A program made the position numbers and the translations under genes. This document shows, piece by piece, positions 12,508 through 23,400 of a DNA stretch of 64,000 nucleotides (positions are counted from its first letter, which is position 1; every line of letters begins with the position of its first letter). The notes beneath the pieces are model-generated. The model saw nothing but the letters and a program-made list of their open reading frames with translations, ran no database searches and had not been told where the DNA came from. Location of the stretch: contig NMRA01000794.1 of assembly GCA_002633005.1 (NCBI GenBank), positions 1 to 64,000 of the forward strand. Reading direction: 5' to 3'. Source of the stretch: Phoronis australis (Eukaryota; Animalia; Phoronida).

Positions 12508-14204
12508 GAAGCTCTCAAAATAGAAAAATTAAGAGAAAAATTAGTATATTATTAATCTTCAACGTATGCAACAAGGACTGAGGTTATTAATAGGGCAAAG
12601 CTATTTGTAATGTATTTACTATTATTTCTTCAATTCGTTATCCATATTCCATTTTTCAGATTCTCAAAGGAATGATCCCACGAGTCAAACTGAAGATGGC
12701 AATTGTGAGGAAGACAGCCTCCTGGATGATGGCGGTAAGTGAAAATGGTTACTAGTTAAGAAATCACTTGCTGAATACAATGCTCCACTTATCCCCTTTG
12801 TGGCGATGTCAAATGGTTGCCTCGATATGGTAGTAAAATATAACCAGTTCCATTTTTGAAAAGCTTTGCGCCATGCTTAAAGTTATGAGCCATGTTTTTA
12901 AATAGTTCTAATTCAAAACATAAAACATACCCTAAGCGACGTTTAAGTTCAATTACACTGGTAGCTAATCATGTTTATCACATTTACATTCTTATTTTAG
13001 CTGAGGACAATGCACAGGGCGATGATGCCAGGTGTGACACACCAAATGAGGCTTCGACCAGCGGAAGCAGTAGGCCGACCACACCTGGCTGCGCTTCATC
13101 CAGACTTGTCATGCCAGGCGCAAGCAAGAGGAAGCGGCGAGCAAGCGAGGCTCCGGCATGGTTGGAAAAGATTTTGAAACAAGATGACAGAGAGGCTGCC
13201 TCTCTACGAGAACCGATGCAAAAGAGCCTTAAAGCTCAAGACGAGTGGCGTGAAGCGCAATAAGCTTTCGTGAGGGAACAAAGCGCCCTCTTGCACCTAC
13301 AGCAGCAGCAGGAAGCTGCTCAGATGACCAGTCTCATGGCCATGATGGGACAAATGGTCCAGACACTGTAAAGTGTCAGTCATCCACCTCCTCATCCACA
13401 ACCACATCAGCAACAGCACCAATCACAACCTTCATACCCGCATCCCAATTCCCAATCACATCCAGAGTTCATGCAAACACTAATGGGAGAAATTTTCATA
13501 TGTAAATAAAAGTAAGGTCAATGGGAATATTTAAAAGTAGTGTAGTAGTATAGTGGTAGTAGAGTAGCAAAACAACATCTGTAAGTGCTTGTTAATGTGT
13601 GTATCTATAGTTCATCCATATGATAGTTTTAGTTTTTAACGTATTTATTAGTTATCTGCATATAAATGTTATTCTTTTAAGATACACATTTACATACATA
13701 TATTCATAGCCTCATTGTATAAAAGTTATCCTTTTAACATGTACATGTACATTTGTAACACAATATCTCTTCAACCAGTGTATGTGTGATAAGATTCGTT
13801 AATATGTTGTATTTTTGTATCGTGCACAGTTGTGAACTCTCACCAGCACAAGTGCGTTTTAAAGAAATGGATTGTCTGGGAAATGCAGGTACGGTTGATT
13901 CAACTTCAACAGCAACTCAACATAAAATGTTTCAAGACCACAGGCCAGGGTTTAATCATTGTTCTTGAGGCAAGTCTCTTTTTATTCTGTGCTTGACCAC
14001 GCTATAGTTTTGTGTGAATTTCTAGCACCAGGTTGGAACTTGATGGCCCCTAGATTCGAGTTCATAAATTTTCTTTGTTTTATGTTCAGACTTTGAAACT
14101 TTTGCCTTAAAGTTGGAATCATCAAATGCAAACTATGGTTAGAAGATAACATTAGCTATTGATTACTAGAGCATAGGATGATAGACAATTGAGTTCGTCT
14201 AACA

Positions 14205-14346
14205 CCGTAAACTTGCAGATTAACGCCCTAGCCGATTAATTTGGGGAAAACCTTCGGCAGGGGGGTGAGCGATTACACAAGCAGTGGGTGCTTAAACGGA
14301 AAATTGATCAAAAGCCAGGGATGGGTGTGGACCCGCGAGTTTACGG
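14205..14346. mobile_element. 142-bp MITE with CCGTAAACT termini (Tc1/mariner-pogo type)
   Basis: CCGTAAACTTGC ... GCGAGTTTACGG followed by TA; the left flank is CA. Confidence 0.55.
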
Positions 14347-14938
14347 TAGTTCTATAGAAATTACTAAACATATTTGATTAAAAAGGAATGAGCCCCGGGC
14401 AATGGCTTCACCATGTAAGATTTGACTGACTATCGAGAAAACATTCATATAAATTATACAAGGTTCAAACGTTGCACAAATGGCCGTTATATGGTGCAGA
14501 ATAAGTAGATCGCTCGGCCCGAGATGACATCAATAATCACACTCATACAGATATATGCGGGTGCATAAAAGTCAAGATTGTTGCCCAAGACTAATATGGA
14601 CAGCCAAAATTATGGATGCTGGAATTAATGAGCACATAATGAATCACGTTGACACCTGGCGATGTCATTTCTGTTCGGTACTTGTTGGGGTGGTTGTTGT
14701 CCGGCTGCTTAGGAACATCTTGCCCACCATGTGTTTCGCAGATGTTGTATAATATCACACTTGCTTGAACAACAGTTGGCACGGCACTAATATCGTGTTC
14801 TAATGTTTTGTAAAGACATCTTCACCTCATCTTTAATCTGCCAAAATAATTTTCAATGCACATTCTTGCACTGCTCAGTCGAAAGTTGAAATTGTTCCAG
14901 CACGATCGTTAGGACGAGTGTAGCCTTTCATCAACCAT

Positions 14939-16705
14939 AGACTCTATTCACGCGGCAGACATTAAAATCCAAAGCGAGGCTCACTGCGATAAACAAAGCG
15001 AAAGTAGACATTGCGTGAGTTAAATAGCCGGTCTTTCGAGTCCAACCTGGATATTGAATTTTAATGATGTGTCGACAATTAACCACAGAGACGTAGAAAA
15101 TTACATTAGATAACAAGTTAAGGCGTCAAAGAGTTGTCTGACGAAAGGGTTTAATTTTTCTCGGAAAACTAGGTTCGAAACATGAAAAGTAAATATGGCC
15201 AAATTGCGGCGATCGTAGTGTTACGGATTAGGTATTATGCTGAATGCAGGGTTACTGTTTTCTTGTAAATTGTCGATCAAAATACTTTCTACGCGGACCA
15301 GGTCATCTGCTCGTATTGTTGACGAGTTGAAGACATATTCGACAGTGGTGTCTGTCATGTGCAATTAGTTACATCTGGTTTAATTTGTTGATCAAGAATA
15401 TTAAAATCAAGCATAGCCTGATTCTATGCACTCACTGGGACTAACAGTTGATTTGTCATTGATCTGAAAGAATAATTGATGTTATTAAATATATATTTTT
15501 ATTAAAATAATAAGCCAGACTCGTAATTGAAAATAAAAATTATTTGACCATCAATTCTGCTTTCTTGGTTGTAATAATTCTTACGTCTATTTCATGTGTT
15601 AGATTTCAAGTATCAATTTGGACCAAGTTGAATTTTAAAATTAAAACACCTAATTCGTTCGTCCAAAACGTAACCTCGTTTTAGAACTCAATTTCAGTTA
15701 ACTGGACAATGAAATCATAGTTATCATGTTTCTGCAGAAACCTCGTTCATCCGAGGGGAAAGGTGCTAGTGCCTACTGAGAGGCGATTTTTTCGCCGAGT
15801 GAGGGCGGGAACAATCTACCTCAATAACACCCCCGCCCTGTTGCAAGCTCTCATAGGCTCTACCTCAGTTTAAAGTAGCCTTTTGTGCTCATTCTTAAAA
15901 ATTGTCACCTCACAGTGTGTGGTTACAGGTGATTTGAACTCAGAGAGATTTTTCACTAGGGGAATTTTTGTGCCTCGTGGGTTGAATTTCGCGTGATATT
16001 TCAATATGTTTGAGAGGGGAATAGGGCCCAAATTTGAGGGATTGAGGGCCCTGTCCTTTTTGGAAAGGAGAATTATAATGTTTCAACCCGTAGCAGGGGC
16101 GGATCCACGTTTTTTAATTAGGGGGGGCAGGGCACAGGAATAAGCAGCATTTCGGCAGATGCGCGCGCCCAGCCTAAAATCTGGGGATGCAGGGGTCTTG
16201 AATTCTTGGGTTTGCGGACCTGTTGACTAAAAAAAAACGGTAAACGGGGTTCATTCAGCGCCTATGCGTTGTTTATTCACCCCCCAAGACCCCCTGGTTG
16301 CGCACGTGTGCTAGTCAGCAATTCGCACCCGAACTCAAAAATGGGATCTGATACAATTTTAGCCCCCCCCCCTAATTCCGTTGTCATGAAAATACAACCT
16401 GGCTGGCCCATTCTGCCGTCCGGTCGTTACTATGCTTGACAACTGACCGAGACGCGACAAAATATGATCTAACTTTTCGAAAACATTTATTTTATACGGA
16501 CATATTTTGCTTCGTCGGCGTATGGCAACGACCCATCGCTTCCGAATCTAAACGTCTTTAGAGATTGTGAACCGTGTCCGTATTTTTTCTAGCCGTTCGG
16601 GGAACAACACGGACTGAAACACAGACTCCTACGCCGATAAGCTAACAGAGCTATCGTAGCGAGCCTCGTTTTGGAACGCGCCTCCTGTCGGCGTGAATAG
16701 GGTCT
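14939..16705. mobile_element. non-autonomous TIR element with AT target-site duplication (ISL2EU-like), inserted in the Harbinger transposase
   Basis: TIRs AGACTCTATTCACGC / GCGTGAATAGGGTCT with AT on both sides (14937-38, 16706-07). Excision restores CCA TGG (Pro-Trp) of the YPLLPWLMK motif. Confidence 0.85.
16094..16384. mobile_element. GGCGGATCC-family MITE nested in the AT-TSD element
   Basis: CAGGGGCGGATCC start; near reverse complement of 47066-47390. Confidence 0.7.
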
Positions 16706-19609
16706 ATGGGAGGAGTGGATAAACAGGATCTCCAGTGACAAACAAACCAACTGGTGTTCCATAAATCTTTCCATATGCACAGGAAATAGGGTACGTGTTT
16801 CTCCAGCCTCAAAAATCCGCGAGTTCTGCAGAACTCTAGCGTCATGCACCTTTCCAGGCCATCCAACTTCAATGTCGTAAAACCGATAACGATGGTCACA
16901 GACTACCTGCATGACAACAGAATAACATGATTTGCGGTTGTAATAATCCATACGATTCTCACGTGGTGCCACAATAGGAATGTGGGTCCAATCAATTGCG
17001 CCGACGCACTGTGGCAAAGTCCAAAGTCTTTGAATTTTGGGCTATCTCTAGTAAGTCCTCATGACTCGGACACATCAGGTACACAGGACCCAGTACCTGC
17101 GTTAAGGCAACAGCAAAGCTGTACAACAAGTTGCACGATGTTCACAACCCAACACAAAACAGTTCTTGGACGATCCGATATGAGCACACAGAAGCAAGCT
17201 TGAAGATGGCAACAGTTACCATTTTTCAACACTAATAGGTTGAAAGACAAAAGCCAGTTAGTATGAAATAAGGTTGATATTAAATTCGGTGTGTTAATCG
17301 TTGCACAACCAAAAATGCATGACTCAAAACTTTTACGAATACAACAAAATGTTTTCAAGTAAAGGTATGAACAAATTCAATAGTTATGAAACCAAAATGA
17401 GTGCGACCAGGCGACGAAACGCTATTCTTCGAGCATAATAGTCTGTCACTTTTTGTTGTAATACTTCAAAACATAAATAAAAAAATGTCCCTTAAACTTA
17501 CATTACGAAAATTGGTTTTCTATTTATCTAGATAAGATTGCAGGGCTTCAGTGATGCTTTGAAACGTAGCACGTGACATTCTGAAATGTCTCTCCCATTT
17601 ATGATCATCTGCAGTTTGGCATAAACCATCGTACTACGACTGGCTTCTAGGAGTGGCCCCAATGGTTCACACCATTATTTACTTAATTCACTAACAGAAA
17701 ATCATTATGTTTTCTTGAAAAAATGAGAACTTCGTTGTCTTAGTCTCACATATTCATTATTTAACATTAATGCTGCAAAAGAAATAGAAAACTTAAGGTA
17801 ATGTCATTCAAAATGACAATGAAAAGTACCAGCAGTTGTTTTCTTCCACCTATTGTGTAGGGATATGCCACATATTCAAAATCCACACCAACACAGCACT
17901 TGATCAGTCGTGAAAATGCCGTTTGTTACCAAGACTATATCCAGCACCGAGTCAAATATCGGACGTTTTCATAAATCTTTCACAAGCCGAAATCAGAGAA
18001 ATCAAAAACATCAATTTTAATTTTGCTGTTCTGCATTCAATGACCGGCACAGTTTCGTTTTTGTATAGCATTAGCTAACTTTGATTTTACCAAGACGGTG
18101 CAACTTAGACCCTTAAGTCAGCCTAAAATGGACAATAGCATAAATCGGTTATAAAACTTGAAACCAATTTTTTTTTTCGTGGCGTGAAGGGAACATCAGA
18201 TGCTGTCCGATATTTAGTTTCTCTGAGTGAAGGTAATATACTAGTATTCTTTAGATTAGTCAAAACATAAGGCTTTCTCTGTGACAAGATATAGTAACTT
18301 TGTAAAAGTATGCTTTTATTTCCTTGCAATAGACAATCTACAGAATCCATTGAAAAGCACACTCTAACTTGAAGTTTAATGAGGTTAATGAATGCACAGT
18401 AAAGTATGTTTTAAGTAAACGTACCGCACACACGGCACTTGGTACCGTAGCTTGGCCGAGCCTGCAGCCGCAGCTAAACGTCGTCGGCGACGGCTTAACC
18501 TTCGGAGATGCAACGGATACGTAACGTCTTCGAAGTTATTTTCATGTTCACTGAAACTCAACTACTGTAATCGGCGACGCTGGTGTCTTCGTAGGAGGGT
18601 CAGATAACGAACTAATAAGGTGACGATTGTCATATAAATAGTAGAAATTGACTTGCCGTCCATACTAAGAGATAAGGTGAAGGTCATCTTCATGTACAAG
18701 AGCGTTACCTTGTGATAACTTCGAAGACGACAGCGTCACCTGCCGTTAACTTCGATGCTCATTAACTACCGAAGCCAGTATGAACGGTCCAGTTAACTGC
18801 GCTGTTTACGTCTACGCTCCGCTCAGACCGGAGTTAAGCCAATATGAAAGGGCCTTATGTGACATCAGAGTTGCTGTAGCATTGTATTAGTCCTGATGAA
18901 GATCCAAGCAGAGTGTGTTTAATTTGCAAAACTTAAAATTAAGGGCTACCGTGAACCTGTTAAACTATATTTTTCCACATAAATACAAATGATATTTCCT
19001 CAAGATTGATAGTGTATTGTATTGCTATGCTTACAAAGGGATCTAAAAATGTTGTTATTCAGTTGAATGGTGTTTGCTTTCGTTCTATTCTTACTGCAAT
19101 ACAATAATTAATGTACTTGCAAAACAACGTAAAATTATATTTTCCTCAAGTAATTTATAAATAATACTTCCTCAAAATTGGTTTTATATCTAGAAATCGT
19201 GTTTTCATCCAAGGTAATTACAATCTTTACCACAGGCTCAGGCCTGGCTTGAGGGTCTCGGAATACAACTTGGGCTCCACCCAGTAGGTGACGCTGTTCC
19301 AAATGTGTGACTAGGTAAATTACACTAGGACGGCCACCTTGAGATATTGTATCTTTGTCTGCGGCCTCTACATGTGATTTACATGTACCAATCGTCTTTG
19401 TTGCAACGTTCGTCAATTTCCGTGTGACCTCACGGTGTACATTACCGCATATGTATTCATAGCTGCTTTGGCAAGAATATCTCTCAAAATCGGATCCCTG
19501 CGGATTCTAACGGATTTTTTACGCACAAGAAACATTTTCTACGAGGAAATTTATATATTTATTGTCCTGACGAACACTCGATTGTGTGAGCAAGGAATAT
19601 GCATCCAGG

Positions 19610-19906
19610 AAGCATTGTATCAGCGCACGCGATGGGCAATAAATTGATGTTAACTTATGATTTCATCTCGAAAAGTTACAATAATAATTGGCAAAATATT
19701 TGTTCGTCGACATTTTTTGATACACGTAAAAGGCGCACCTCCTGGACAGCATGGGCCAGTGTTGCGCGCCTAAATGTGACGTGTGCACGTCCGATGCAGT
19801 TGAATCACTTGATCGCCTGCATTCATTTCTGGTTGTCCAAACTGTCAAAGGGAGCACCGTGTGGACGCTATGATAATATTTTCAGCAAACTCTGCTAAAT
19901 TAAGAC
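19610..19906 (-). pseudogene. degraded terminal exon of gene C, IL-17/cystine-knot-like
   Basis: A phase-1 acceptor at 19907 continues the gene C frame: GLNLAEFAENIIIASTRCSL*..HI*ARNTGPCCPGGAPFTCIKKCRRTNIL.., then a frameshift to NLLPIACA. Confidence 0.3.
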
Positions 19907-20453
19907 CTGTAGGGAATAAGCCTACATCAATGTGAGTTCTCTAATTATCGTATTACGGTGTAAAAAACTGCACAAATACATTTTAACGGTGGACATCTAG
20001 TTTTCTTTGCATGTGTATTAACAGCATTATCTAAACAGTAACTTTAAAACCCGAGTGCTTTGTGAGGACATTAATCTTACAATGAGTGGACCGCCATCAA
20101 TGCATGAAAGTTACGCATGAATTCTTCTCTATCCTAGTTCAGGAGGTATCTAAGGCGCAAGGTATGAGGCTGAAACTGCGCAGATTTTGTCCTAGTAAGC
20201 TAGATGTACATGTAAGCTGTCTATATTTAGAAATGTACAATAAAACAAAGATGATACAAGTCCGTTACGTCACTTAATTAAGAACATCTGGGGTCAGTCT
20301 TTACAGATTGATCAGAAAAAGAGTAACTTTGACATAAAGAATACATTATAGCATTGAGATTCGCAATCTAACGAATACATTTGGTCTTTGATTTTCTTTG
20401 GTAACTTCAATGGAAATCCACAACACGCTTCGCCCTCTGAGTTTACCTGTACT

Positions 20454-23400
20454 TTAGGAATAGATGCGTTGCTCTTTATAAAAGAGAATTCTATTGAGAG
20501 TGTTGTGTTCCGCAAACTTTTCAAGCTTTAAAGATTGACACATAGAAAATATATGCATTTAGTTAGCTTCAATTAATTAAATTAAAATTTGTCCTAACAA
20601 TTAAGCGTAAAATACTGTGGAATCGCCTTTTAAATGTCTAGAGCATGATGCGATACTCCAGGGAAGTTGGTCTCGCGTCTAATCCTCTGTCTTGTAAAGA
20701 CAACATCAAGTACAGCGACAGCTAAATATTTTCTGTTTTATTTGGTATATTTATTGCTCAACACGTAGAGTGAGATGCAATTACAAGAATTTGTCATTGT
20801 CCTTGAACAAGATTGAAGATATGGAATACTTATAGATAACTTACTGCCTTCTCTTGTTTCTCTTCCTTCACTAGTTTTTCCTTTCTTGATTTAGCCAACG
20901 GCAGTGACTTTGAGAGCACAGCTGCTACGGCAGCCTTTTTCTAGGAAAAAGGAGATTAATACATTTTATACCATTTGCGGGTCCAAATGACAAAAAGATG
21001 GTGTGAAAAGATTAACGGAAACAAGCAAAAAATAGATCCGCATCCCTGAAAAACACATTTTTTATCCAAAGTGGGGACCTTCAAAAAAAAATGAAATGCC
21101 GCTGTTACCAAGTCATGATCATTGCGCATGTTATATTGAATGCCGCTGTTACCAAGTCATGATCATTGCGCATGTTATATTGAATGCCGCTGTTACCAAG
21201 TCATGATCATTGCGCATGTTATATTGAATGCCGCTGTTACCAAGTCATGATCATTGCGCATGTTATATTGAATGCCGCTGTTACCAAGTCATGATCATTG
21301 CGCATGTTATATTGAATGCCGCTGTTACCAAGTCATGATCATTGCGCATGTTATATTGAATGCCGCTGTTACCAAGTCATGATCATTGCGCATGTTATAT
21401 TGAATGCCGCTGTTACCAAGTCATGATCATTGCGCATGTTATATTGAATGCCGCTGTTACCAAGTCATGATCATTGCGCATGTTATATTGAATGCCGCTG
21501 TTACCAAGTCATGATCATTGCGCATGTTATATTGAATGCCGCTGTTACCAAGTCATGATCATTGCGCATGTTATATTGAATGCCGCTGTTACCAAGTCAT
21601 GATCATTGCGCATGTTATATTGAATGCCGCTGTTACCAAGTCATGATCATTGCGCATGTTATATTGAATGCCGCTGTTACCAAGTCATGATCATTGCGCA
21701 TGTTATATTGAATGCTTACTGTAGTTAATCTACTAAACAAATGGTTTAATCTCGATGAATTTCCCGTGACTCAACTCCTTTAAATTTCAGTCGTGGCTGA
21801 ACGTCCACCTCGACTACTGATGGTCCTCGATGTTTGGATTTGGCCATGGATTTAGGTAACTCACTGGCAGATCTACGTAAGGGGGGATAGGATTTGGGCA
21901 AATTCGAGGCCAGTAGCGTCAATAGCCGGAGGTCGGGAGAGGGTTTCCTCCCTCCCTTGTAAGCTGTTTTTTGTTTTTTGTTGCTGATTTCGTTTTCCAG
22001 CCACGTTTTTTTACTCCCTATTTATATTCCTGTCCCAGGGGGGTTTAAATCACAGACCCGCTTCTGTAACTTTAAACCTCAGTGCATGACTATTTTGTGA
22101 ACCCCGTGCATTGTCGCTAAATTTTGAGTATTTTGCATAGTCGCAAAATACATGTATGCGCTTGAACAGGTCACGCTGCTACAGTCGACCACTCGGAGCT
22201 AAAATATGCGTGGAGGTTGAAAATATAAGTACTGTACACCGACAGCATAAATGTATACTGCGGCAAGAACAGCTTACTGTGCGTGTCTGGGGCTTCGGTT
22301 TACATTGTGTTGTTGTGTGCGACAATATACACGCATCACAGAAGTTCTGTTGGACGCCAGATCAATGATCGAGTAATATTAAAGACAATAAATTGACACA
22401 GTGCATATCTACACATTTCCTATGACTTTGTAATACAAGTACATTATCAGAAAGCCTGCTACAGCCAGCGCTTACAAAACAATTTTGTCTTTCTCAACGT
22501 GCGCAGAACTAAACGATTTTTCAGTTTCAACCATAGCATTGCTTTTATAGTCCGAGTATGGAATGTTTTGCAATAAATTCACTAGATGTCGCAACCCAAC
22601 CGCCTTACCTCGCCGCCGTACGCAACCAAAAATCTTACCATTTTTACTTCACCCTTAACCTTTGTCCTTTTGCTTTGAAACTCGACCTTCATCTTCGTCT
22701 CCATCTGTAATAATACGTACGACTTGCTCTTGTAGCTCAAGTAATGAATCACACAATGCACACCTGCGTCAAAGTTTAAGTTCACAATACTGCAGCACCA
22801 TCCTAAATCAGAAAATTGGGCTAAGATTTAAACTTTCAGACTCCAGCCCTTTTTGCAGTGACAGGGCATCGACACGTCATCAGACAACGGCTTTCGATGT
22901 CGGCCAGCATTGTGTAATTTTCAAACTGCCAAGCGATTCCAAACAGTCTAACAACGTCAGCTAGTCAACATGCACCACTCTCTCACATGTACATGTATGG
23001 ACATGGTGGTCGCAACAGGTCGGTCTCACCGGCATCGATTTGCATCTTTGAAACTTGGCACCTACTAACGACTCAATGAAATAGCACGACAATCCTCTAT
23101 TACTAGGGTCTACTCCATTTGTGTCAACCAATGGGAAACATTGATTTTTGACTTACAACAACATATGTGGGCCGTCTTCAGTTTTATTTCAGTCTAGAGC
23201 TAATCCTGTTGCAAAACCATCCGTTTCTTTTGTGCATGTATAGAATTATTATAACAGTTATCGCTGTTTTTGTTTTACTCGTATCCTATCAAACAAAGCA
23301 GACTCGCGCAGGCACTAATCCCCACATACCGCCAGTTAAATACATACATGTAGAACTATCAAGGTAGTCTGACCCATCTAAATCCGCTTAAGAGCTGCAC

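Larger units (their letters stand above)
11510..13505 (+). pseudogene. Harbinger Myb/SANT-like (trihelix) DNA-binding protein, 3 exons, disabled
   Basis: Exon ~11510-11850: RWLPQEVDVLVVAWGE..NDRAYNVIADKMTEMSFLRRTTDQVRVKIKSLRQLY..CPHFEEIDSFLGTRP, with a poly-A frameshift and TAG. Exon 12660-12734 is acidic. Exon 13001-13505 has a KRKRR NLS, coiled-coil and Q/P/H-rich tail, with 2 internal stops. Confidence 0.85.
14590..17680 (-). pseudogene. Harbinger (HARBI1-like, DDE_Tnp_4) transposase, disabled and interrupted
   Basis: WERHFRMSRATF (~17600), PISVEK..AIFKLAS (~17220), PQCVGAIDWTHIPIVAP..YYNRKSCYS..GWPGKVHDARVL (17017-16800), GDPVYPLLP|WLMKGY..FNFRLSSARMCIENYFGRLKMR*RCL..ILYNIC (16740/14936-14740). 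Multiple stops and frameshifts. Confidence 0.92.
11135..18854. mobile_element. PIF/Harbinger DNA transposon, near full length, decayed
   Basis: Imperfect 14-bp TIRs (GAGCCTTTCATACT at 11135; AATATGAAAGGGCC ending 18854, followed by TTA). Encloses a Myb/SANT-like gene (+) and a HARBI1-type DDE transposase (-) in convergent orientation. Confidence 0.8.

Noticed and set aside
14590-17680. Domesticated HARBI1/NAIF1-like host gene pair
   Set aside because: Both genes have stops and frameshifts, the catalytic DGTH motif reads DWTH, and TIRs are present.
18893-18912. CTGATGAAGATCCAAGCAG hammerhead start
   Set aside because: Truncated: no GAAA box or cleavage triplet follows.
21095-21715. CRISPR-like array
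   Set aside because: Units are contiguous and identical with no unique spacers, there are no cas genes, and the context is a eukaryotic intron.
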